IMG/VR virus record: IMGVR_UViG_3300048584_000008
Span: 1-61,357 of that record
From: a virus
Taxonomy: Duplodnaviria; Caudoviricetes
Direction: 5' to 3' (one strand)
DNA: 61,357 nucleotides
The notes below the pieces were generated by a model. The model was not told the origin of the DNA. It made no database searches and was given only the letters and a program-made list of their open reading frames with translations. The translations under genes were made by a program, and so were the position numbers. Shown one piece after another: positions 55,468 to 61,357 of the stretch. Position 1 is the first letter of the stretch, and the number at the start of each line of letters is the position of its first letter.

Positions 55468-56487
55468 CTAGCGAGCACCAGCACGGCGCGCTTCCTGCAC
55501 GACAGGCATGTCCCCGGTAGCAGTCAGCGGGCTACGCTGCTCCAGCTGTGCGAACACGGCTTCGATACCGCCATAACCACCATCTCGGATGTACGTAGCA
55601 ATGGCGACAGTAACCTCCTTGTACCAGCGCAGCTTGAGGATATCCGTGGTGGAGTTGAACAGCTTCATCTCGATCCACCTACGAGGCTGGCCGTTGACGG
55701 TAGTACTCTGCGGGTAGAGGTAGCCGTAAGGCCTGCGCCCGAAGAGTTTGTACACGCAGTTGTCGGGCTCACCAGACCTATCACGCTCAGCCCAATCGTC
55801 GTAGTCTCCGTCGCAATCCTCACAACAGTAGCTGTCTGCGCTACCGCGCATATCCTCGATAGCTCTCGTCACTTCATTCACACGTGCCGCCACGACCACG
55901 CTGCCCCGATGGAGGGCCGGCCACGACACATTGAAGTGGGTACCAATCATGTCGCTGTTGTCCCAAAGCTCCGGCTGCTTGCCCATCACATTGTCGTAGT
56001 ACCCCAGCAGCTGGCACCCCGGCTCAAGCAGCTGGTCTGCCGGGATCGGCGGGAACGTAGCCTCAAGGGGGAACTCGTCGTAACCCTCCATGTCGGCGGT
56101 ACAGTACTCGCACTCGTCCATCAAGTAGGAGTAGGCCTTGCCGTGCTGGGTGGTGTTCTTAAACCCGGCCTCCACTTCCACGCCGATGAGCAGCGGGGCT
56201 TCCGGGTAACGGGCCACGAAGTCAACGTGACTCCACGGACGCACGCCCTTGAAGATACTACGCGTCAAGTTACCCTCTCGATACGCGGCGAAAAGCTGGT
56301 CAGCGGTAGCGCTGCTGAAGCTGACGTCGCGCCAGCGAGATGCCCACTCTGCAACGCTGCCCTTAGGCGTCTTGCCCTCACGGTACCGCAGATCATCCAG
56401 CCCACTGCTCATGAGCCCACTCAGTACGCCACTCATCTCAGTACGGAGACGGGAGTTCCCTTCGATATCCTCTTTGGTGACGATCAT
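55468..56487 (-). CDS. Third, divergent amidoligase-like protein
   Basis: LIGVEVEAG, LEATFPP, GTHFNVS, WIEMKLFNST. Confidence 0.7.
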   Translation of the reverse strand: MIVTKEDIEGNSRLRTEMSGVLSGLMSSGLDDLRYREGKTPKGSVAEWASRWRDVSFSSATADQLFAAYREGNLTRSIFKGVRPWSHVDFVARYPEAPLLIGVEVEAGFKNTTQHGKAYSYLMDECEYCTADMEGYDEFPLEATFPPIPADQLLEPGCQLLGYYDNVMGKQPELWDNSDMIGTHFNVSWPALHRGSVVVAARVNEVTRAIEDMRGSADSYCCEDCDGDYDDWAERDRSGEPDNCVYKLFGRRPYGYLYPQSTTVNGQPRRWIEMKLFNSTTDILKLRWYKEVTVAIATYIRDGGYGGIEAVFAQLEQRSPLTATGDMPVVQEARRAGAR

Positions 56488-56488
56488 G

Positions 56489-56692
56489 TTACGTGTCCTT
56501 CTTCAAAAGGGCGGTAAAGCCGGTGATGAGGCTGTCTCTCTGCTCCTGTTCGCTTGCTTCAAAGTCTACCCACTTGAAGAAGTTGCGAACAGCGCGGCGC
56601 TTGCGGGGGGCGGGGCCTACCGTGTCGAGGTCATAGCCCTCTTTGCGCCAGTACTCCTCCCACTCCTTGTCAATATCTCTGGACTGATTCAA
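56489..56692 (-). CDS. Hypothetical protein
   Basis: TTG start; operon packing. Confidence 0.55.
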   Translation of the reverse strand: MNQSRDIDKEWEEYWRKEGYDLDTVGPAPRKRRAVRNFFKWVDFEASEQEQRDSLITGFTALLKKDT

Positions 56693-56696
56693 GTTG

Positions 56697-56795
56697 CTAC
56701 TCTCTCTGGTTGTAGTTGCCGGGAAGTAGGTAGCTAAGGGCGCAAGCCCCAGCCAGTAAAAATATACCGATCAGGAAGAAGTATATTACCTCCAT
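56697..56795 (-). CDS. 32-aa membrane peptide (not in ORF track)
   Basis: GAGGA RBS; MEVIYFFLIGIFLLAGACALSYLLPGNYNQRE. Confidence 0.55.
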   Translation of the reverse strand: MEVIYFFLIGIFLLAGACALSYLLPGNYNQRE

Positions 56796-56796
56796 C

Positions 56797-56919
56797 TTAG
56801 TTCCTCGTGAGAAGTATCCACGCACCAACGATTACCGCCACCGCCACTAGCGGAGAGCTAGGCGGCAGTAGCAGTAGGAACACCAGCAGTAACGCCGCTG
56901 TGCCTATGCTTCCTCTCAT
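56797..56919 (-). CDS. 40-aa membrane peptide (not in ORF track)
   Basis: ATGA overlap; MRGSIGTAALLLVFLLLLPPSSPLVAVAVIVGAWILLTRN. Confidence 0.55.
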   Translation of the reverse strand: MRGSIGTAALLLVFLLLLPPSSPLVAVAVIVGAWILLTRN

Positions 56920-57155
56920 GCCTTGGCCTTGGGGGAAGGATTCCCAGTCGTCCGGGCGGTGGACTTCGGGAAGTGGATGACCCGCACCACGTCGTAAAGA
57001 CCGAGGATGATTTCCTTTGACGCCGAGTACGCGTGAGAGTGGGAGTTACCCATCTTCACGAACACACCTTCACGCGGCTTGTCGAATCCCTTCTCCTTGA
57101 GGATGCGGAACACGGCGCGGTTCGGCACATCTTTGAACTCCATGACGGTACGCAT
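56916..57155 (-). CDS. Basic hypothetical protein
   Basis: AAGGAG RBS. Confidence 0.7.
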   Translation of the reverse strand: MRTVMEFKDVPNRAVFRILKEKGFDKPREGVFVKMGNSHSHAYSASKEIILGLYDVVRVIHFPKSTARTTGNPSPKAKA

Positions 57156-57167
57156 TGCGGTATCTCC

Positions 57168-57521
57168 TTAGCCGATGAAAAGGTGAGAGTCGTTCGCATC
57201 TTCGTCCAGCCCAGACTGGTAAAAACGCCAGCTTGCGAACACGGTGGGGAAGTCGTCGCCGGCTACTGCAACCCTGTTGCCAGCGAACCACTTGCGGCGG
57301 GCCACGGTGCGCCCCACCTTGCGATTGAACTGGTCACGGCTGTCGCACTCGGCAAAGCTGGCGTACAACTGGCCGCTCTTGTCCGGGCGGATGAACGCCG
57401 TGGCATTGTCGACCACTCGCGTATCTCCCGGCTTATCGCCAAACACGAGCACGCTGACGTTACGCGCATGGTGGTACGTTTCCTTGACTTTCGTGGAACG
57501 GTGTGGGTGTTTGGTACTCAT
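57168..57521 (-). CDS. Hypothetical protein
   Basis: GAGGAG RBS; AEC..RDQFNRKVGR..A pattern common in phages. Confidence 0.75.
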   Translation of the reverse strand: MSTKHPHRSTKVKETYHHARNVSVLVFGDKPGDTRVVDNATAFIRPDKSGQLYASFAECDSRDQFNRKVGRTVARRKWFAGNRVAVAGDDFPTVFASWRFYQSGLDEDANDSHLFIG

Positions 57522-57553
57522 CGCACTTGCTCCTCTCTTGTTGTGAAACGAGG

Positions 57554-57639
57554 TGGTGCCAACGGCGGGACTCGAACCCGCACGGCATTTAGCCAGCGGT
57601 TTTTAAGACCGCTACGCCTACCAGTTACGTCACGTTGGC
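57554..57639 (-). tRNA. tRNA-Leu(TAA)
   Basis: GCGGT-CTTAAAA-ACCGC, variable arm, GGTTCGAGTCC, CCA. Confidence 0.92.
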
Positions 57640-57828
57640 TTTGGGTTCAAACAGATGGCCCTCCGGGCCGCAGATTCCAATAGTCCGCTCCTCCTCGCAG
57701 TCTCTTACCTGAACGTGCTCCGCTCCCGTCACAGGAGAGGTTTGCACGTCTGCGTAGCAACGGTGCTGCATGCCTCTCAGTGGCGCGTAGTACTGGAAGT
57801 GGTGCTTACAGTTTACGCAGAGCTTCAT
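57625..57828 (-). CDS. Small Cys-rich (Zn-binding) protein; stop codon lies inside tRNA-Leu
   Basis: GGAGG RBS; CVNCKH...C...SPVTG...C...CGPEG..FE. Confidence 0.7.
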   Translation of the reverse strand: MKLCVNCKHHFQYYAPLRGMQHRCYADVQTSPVTGAEHVQVRDCEEERTIGICGPEGHLFEPKANVT

Positions 57829-57866
57829 CTTGTAGCCTCCATTTATATACCAGTATATCTTTACTT

Positions 57867-57943
57867 TGGTGGGCCTGCTCGGGCTTGAACCGAGAACCAA
57901 ACGATTATGAGTCGTACGCTCTAACCAATTGAGCTACAGGCCC
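57867..57943 (-). tRNA. tRNA(CAT), most likely lysidine tRNA-Ile2
   Basis: ACGA-CTCATAA-TCGT arm and GGGCC acceptor resemble E. coli ileX; paired 1-72, so not an initiator. Confidence 0.8.
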
Positions 57944-57950
57944 GGCGATT

Positions 57951-58027
57951 TGGCGCGCCGAGAGGGACTCGAACCCCCGACCACAAGCTTAGAAGGCTCG
58001 TGCTCTATCCAGCTGAGCTATCGGCGC
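57951..58027 (-). tRNA. tRNA-Arg(TCT)
   Basis: CGAGC-CTTCTAA-GCTTG, A20-type D-loop CTGGATAG, CCA. Confidence 0.93.
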
Positions 58028-58037
58028 AAGCGTAGGG

Positions 58038-58292
58038 TCATGGCGAACATCCGTCCCCGGAGCCGTAGCCGTCGCCGCAGCCGTAGCCGTTGCCGGAGCC
58101 GTAGCCGTAGCCGGTGCCGGAGCCGTCGCCGGATTCGGAGCCGTGGCCGGAGCCGTAGCCGTAGCCGGTGCTGTAGCCGTAGCCGGCTCCCGAGCTGTAG
58201 CCGTGGCCGTAGCCGGTGCCGGTGCCGGAGCCGTAGCCGTAGCCGTAGCCGTCGCCGAAGCCGTAGCCGACAAGCCTCAGCGTGCGTGCCAC
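58038..58292 (-). CDS. Gly-X (Gly-Tyr/Ser/Asp) repeat protein
   Basis: GGC-NNC hexamer repeats over ~58050-58268; Gly at almost every second residue. Confidence 0.65.
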   Translation of the reverse strand: MARTLRLVGYGFGDGYGYGYGSGTGTGYGHGYSSGAGYGYSTGYGYGSGHGSESGDGSGTGYGYGSGNGYGCGDGYGSGDGCSP

Positions 58293-58594
58293 TTCGCACC
58301 GTCCGCGTCAATCAACGCAATGAGCGCCCGCAGAGGGGCGCGAACCGTTCCGGTGGCATCCAGCACGGTCTTGGGAAGCGGGCCATTGACCAGCTCGCCC
58401 AGCCCTTTCGTCGTTCCCCACACGCGGATATTCATCGCATGGTGGATGGTCACGAAATCGTTGGCGACCTGCACCGTCCCGGCGTACACGAAGCCTCGGT
58501 CAAGCACGACGATCTTAAAGTCACCCTCCGGCTTCGGCAGAGTGTCTGCGCGGACGTACTCGGTGTTGTCGATTTTGATGGTTGTGGGTGTCAT
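58277..58594 (-). CDS. Small beta-rich protein (DUF6948-like)
   Basis: AAGGAG RBS before ATG 58594; IVVLDRGFVYAG...A.NIRVWGTTKGLGEL. Confidence 0.7.
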   Translation of the reverse strand: MTPTTIKIDNTEYVRADTLPKPEGDFKIVVLDRGFVYAGTVQVANDFVTIHHAMNIRVWGTTKGLGELVNGPLPKTVLDATGTVRAPLRALIALIDADGAKWHAR

Positions 58595-58604
58595 GTAAAG
58601 CTCC

Positions 58605-58856
58605 TTAGTCGAACTCGTGGGAAATAAAGCAGAAGCCAGCGTAGCCACGGCCACGCAGCACTTCCCTGATGCGCGGGAACTCCGAGTAAACCTCGGGGAT
58701 TTTCTGGAGAGCGGCGTACAGCGGATAGCCGCCGGTCCCGGATGTCATGCCGAACATCACGCACAGGACGCGGGCCTCTTCGAGCGTCAACTCGACGATG
58801 ATCTTTTCGATCTTCGGCGGCGGCGCAGGTTCGCGGATTACGACTGCCTTGTTCAT
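58605..58856 (-). CDS. Hypothetical early protein
   Basis: AAGGGG RBS; ELTLEEA. Confidence 0.65.
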   Translation of the reverse strand: MNKAVVIREPAPPPKIEKIIVELTLEEARVLCVMFGMTSGTGGYPLYAALQKIPEVYSEFPRIREVLRGRGYAGFCFISHEFD

Positions 58857-58868
58857 GTTTACTGCCCC

Positions 58869-59159
58869 TTAGTAGGTGGTGGCGGCGGCGGATTCGACCA
58901 GCAGGCGCTCGACCCGCAGGTACGGGCGGGAGTTGGCCGGGCGATTCAGCTTCAGGATACCGGGCCGGCGAATATACCGAGTATATTCGGCAACCGCCTT
59001 GAAGCCCCGGAGTACCGGCTTGTACGACACCACCACCACGCGACGGGCGGTGTTGGAGCGCCGGACAACCAAGAGGTCGTCGGGCGACCGACTCGGCGGC
59101 TCGGGCCGGCGAGTGCGGGCGGCGACGATGGTGTGGAAATTGCGGGCAAAGTTACGCAT
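58869..59159 (-). CDS. Arg-rich hypothetical early protein
   Basis: AAGGGAG RBS; first gene after the promoter at 59281. Confidence 0.6.
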   Translation of the reverse strand: MRNFARNFHTIVAARTRRPEPPSRSPDDLLVVRRSNTARRVVVVSYKPVLRGFKAVAEYTRYIRRPGILKLNRPANSRPYLRVERLLVESAAATTY

Positions 59160-59228
59160 AGCAGGTGACTCCCTTAATCGAGCCGGCTGGCTCGGCCTAG
59201 GCAGCTAAGCATCTAACTGACTAGACCA

Positions 59229-59244
59229 AATATACCGGGATATT
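59229..59244 (-). repeat. GGTATAT hairpin motif copy
   Basis: AATATACCGGGATATT, identical to 60949-60964. Confidence 0.75.
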
Positions 59245-59280
59245 CGGTGAACGTCGGCTAACAGTTCCCATCTAGGAACC

Positions 59281-59309
59281 ATTATACTCCTATTCAGCTT
59301 GCTTGTCAA
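59281..59309 (-). promoter_or_regulatory. Consensus sigma70 early promoter
   Basis: TTGACA-N17-TATAAT. Confidence 0.92.
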
Positions 59310-59316
59310 GTGGCCT

Positions 59317-59526
59317 TCAGCCCAAATCGTCCTCCTCGCCAGCGAGGTACTCTACCAGCACCACGCCCAGCCACCCCAGCCCGAACGCCAGCGCGAAGCA
59401 TCCGGCCAGCCCCAACCAGCGTAAGGCGTCGGGCGCGTAGGTGACCACGAAGCCGACCGCCAAAATCAGGTTCATCAGAACCACCCCGGCCAGCACCACA
59501 CCGCCAGCATCATCAGGCTGCTGCAT
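59317..59526 (-). CDS. Two-TM early membrane protein
   Basis: Two hydrophobic helices, acidic tail. Confidence 0.65.
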   Translation of the reverse strand: MQQPDDAGGVVLAGVVLMNLILAVGFVVTYAPDALRWLGLAGCFALAFGLGWLGVVLVEYLAGEEDDLG

Positions 59527-59701
59527 TTTCTATCTCCTCGATGCGCTCCTCGAATCCGGCAATCTGCGCGGCAACTTCCGGCGAACGCCGGTACGGCTGT
59601 CCCCGAACCCCACACTCCAAAAGCCGGGCCAACTCCTCATCCCGCAACTCGGCCACGCGGGCCTTCATCGCGGCCAACAACTCCCGATGATGAGCGTTCA
59701 T
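59513..59701 (-). CDS. Hypothetical early protein
   Basis: TGATG coupling. Confidence 0.65.
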   Translation of the reverse strand: MNAHHRELLAAMKARVAELRDEELARLLECGVRGQPYRRSPEVAAQIAGFEERIEEIENAAA

Positions 59702-59889
59702 CAGGTCACCTTGGCAATCTTGCCGGCAACCATCGTGACCTCCGCGAACCAGTTACGCTTCGGCGGGCATCCCAGCACCTTACCATCCCGCCGGTACTCC
59801 GGGCCAAACACAGACGTTTCGCGGAACGCCAGCGGCTGCCCAACTGCCGCCTTCAGGTCTGCCTTTTTCTTGTAGTTAAAAATGACCAT
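59701..59889 (-). CDS. Small conserved phage protein
   Basis: GAGGAG RBS; Y..K..LKAAVGQPL...ETSVFGPEY...WFAEVTM..G.I.KV pattern. Confidence 0.75.
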   Translation of the reverse strand: MVIFNYKKKADLKAAVGQPLAFRETSVFGPEYRRDGKVLGCPPKRNWFAEVTMVAGKIAKVT

Positions 59890-60018
59890 CTAACTATCTC
59901 CTCGACCCTAGCCCGAACGGCTAGCGAATATACCAATATATTCGATAGGCGTCCAACTAACTACTAACCTCCGAGTCGCTATCTACTACTAACTAGATAG
60001 CTCTACCAACTAACAACT

Positions 60019-60047
60019 ATTATACGCCCATTCAGCTTCCAAGTCAA
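60019..60047 (-). promoter_or_regulatory. Sigma70 early promoter
   Basis: TTGACT-N17-TATAAT. Confidence 0.88.
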
Positions 60048-60099
60048 TAGGGGCTTAGGCGGATTCCAGGCGGTTGCTCCAGGCCCAGGATTTTAGGCC

Positions 60100-60129
60100 A
60101 AAAAAAACCCCCGCCGGTTAAGGCGGGGG
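60100..60129 (-). terminator. Intrinsic terminator after the first early gene
   Basis: CCCCCGCC-TTAACC-GGCGGGGG then T8 on the - strand. Confidence 0.9.
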
Positions 60130-60140
60130 CTTGGGGCTTG

Positions 60141-60827
60141 TTACGCGGCCTTACGCTTGCGCGGGGCTTCGGGCTTGGCTTCGGTCTTGGCTTCCACGTG
60201 GGAAGCCGCATCACCCGAACCCGTCGCGGCCTTCTGTTTCGCGAGGATGGAAACGGCGAGCGTTTCGGCTTCCCGCATGAATTCCGCGCGGAACGGGCCT
60301 CTAAGCTGCCCGACAACCTGCATGAGCGAGGACAGCGGCGCATCCTTCGCCAGCTCTGCGACGCTCTCGCCTTCGCCTTCGGTCTTGGCTTCGCCTTCGG
60401 GCTTAGCAGCGGCAGGACGGCCGGATGCAGCCTTCAGCTTGTGTTCATCCCAAAAGACATGGGCCGTCCAATCACCCCGGCTTGCGGTCACCAGCTCCGG
60501 CGGCAGGGCCAGCCCTTTCTTAGCGGCCTTGTACGCTCTCTTGAGGTCGCTGGCGTACTGTATGCCCCGCTGCATCGTTTCCTGTCCGGCGTCCTTCGCT
60601 TCCTTGCATTGCAGCTTCAAGGCTTCCAAGACCGCCAGCCCTTCCTCCTTATCCTTCGCAAGCACGGGGAGGAACGTATCACGGCACGCGTTCCAGGCGG
60701 TCGCTGTCGCGGCCTTGAGGGCGATTACGGATGCGTCACGCGTATCAGCTTCCAACTTGACGGCTGCGAACATGGCGGCAACGGCTGCGGACAGGGTGTC
60801 GCTCAAAACTTTGGTTTCGATGGTCAT
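60141..60827 (-). CDS. Ala/Lys/Glu-rich monocistronic first early protein
   Basis: AGGA RBS; 228 aa; own terminator. Confidence 0.75.
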   Translation of the reverse strand: MTIETKVLSDTLSAAVAAMFAAVKLEADTRDASVIALKAATATAWNACRDTFLPVLAKDKEEGLAVLEALKLQCKEAKDAGQETMQRGIQYASDLKRAYKAAKKGLALPPELVTASRGDWTAHVFWDEHKLKAASGRPAAAKPEGEAKTEGEGESVAELAKDAPLSSLMQVVGQLRGPFRAEFMREAETLAVSILAKQKAATGSGDAASHVEAKTEAKPEAPRKRKAA

Positions 60828-60909
60828 AAATAGTCCTAGTTTTAAAAGATATAGAACGGTAGCCCGAACGCATCCGGGCGCAAGGTAGGCGTTTCACCTA
60901 CCAGAAGCG

Positions 60910-60939
60910 ATTTTCTCACGGTTTCAGCTTGGAACGCAA
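60910..60939 (-). promoter_or_regulatory. Possible promoter for the first early gene
   Basis: TTGCGT-N18-GAAAAT with TG extension; AAGCTGAA sits 3 nt after the -35, as in the other early promoters. Confidence 0.45.
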
Positions 60940-60948
60940 GGGCTGGCG

Positions 60949-60964
60949 AATATACCGGGATATT
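60949..60964 (-). repeat. GGTATAT hairpin motif copy
   Basis: AATATACCGGGATATT. Confidence 0.75.
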
Positions 60965-61180
60965 CCCCGGTTACCCGGCGTTAAGCTTGGCGCTAGCACG
61001 GCAAGCCCCAACGGATGCTGAACAGCCGTAAGGCGATTTAACATTTATCCGGGGATATTGTGTTAGGGCCTGGGGATAGCCAATCAGCCCTTGCCTGTCC
61101 CCTTCCCATGTGATAGGCACGCTATGCTGCACCGCACCATGCGAACGCAAGCCGAAGCGCAAGCGGTAGTGCAAACGAAT

Positions 61181-61357
61181 CTGATTCGCATTCAGGGGCC
61201 GGGCCTTGGCCTTAACATTTATTTAACATAGGGGGGGGGTATCCCCTCGGCCGTCGCGCATGTGGGTGGGTAGGTCGGAGTCCCGCCACAGTACTTCCGA
61301 ACATTTCCTAGCATCTTCACATAATCTTAACAACTGAACTAATGACCGGCGGAGCGT
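61181..61357. repeat. Right direct terminal repeat
   Basis: Copy of 1-178 with G9. Confidence 0.9.

Noticed and set aside
55327-56517. 396-aa + strand ORF and other long antisense ORFs (30169-30936, 31063-31740, 60138-60888)
   Set aside because: Shadows of real genes on the opposite strand; no RBS or motifs, and against operon direction
57929-58627. RS-, AT- and RL-repeat proteins in other frames of the hexamer repeat
   Set aside because: Stop-free frames are a by-product of GGC-NNC repeats; some run into tRNA genes or lie antisense
1-61357. TAG stop-codon reassignment suggested by abundant TAG and a TAG-anticodon tRNA
   Set aside because: Core genes are intact in the standard code, several genes end in TAG, and anticodon TAG reads CTA (Leu); there is no CTA-anticodon suppressor

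Overview
The window looks like a complete lytic podovirus-type phage genome of a Gram-negative host, bounded by a ~178-bp direct terminal repeat. The + strand arm (265-33471) carries the late genes. These include a holin-like gene, a GT2 glycosyltransferase, RcGTA-like head-spike genes, fibres, a lysozyme, TerS/TerL, portal, scaffold and an N4-gp56-type capsid. It also holds tail tubular and ejection proteins, a 2575-aa polyvalent protein (HExxH peptidase plus ADP-ribosyltransferase domains), a repeat-built tail fibre, and holin/spanins. The convergent - strand arm (60827 down to 33509) carries small early genes, 7 tRNAs and an expanded cluster of 3 amidoligases, 2 glutamine amidotransferases and an ATP-grasp enzyme. 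It also encodes primase, helicase, two phosphatases, a family A DNA polymerase, a C5-methyltransferase, a DUF5664-type diphosphohydrolase, class II RNR and nucleases. I saw no RNA polymerase, sigma factor, integrase or CRISPR. The main unexplained signals are a covarying hairpin (invariant GGTATAT) repeated at least 7 times in the early region and two classes of sigma70 promoters with class-specific spacers. Others are an 8/4-type tRNA-Gly, a Gly-Tyr repeat gene pair fused to a tRNA cluster, two AT-rich origin-like sites sharing GCTCTTATA, and strong CTAG enrichment. All family calls come from motif recognition by eye; no database searches were run.
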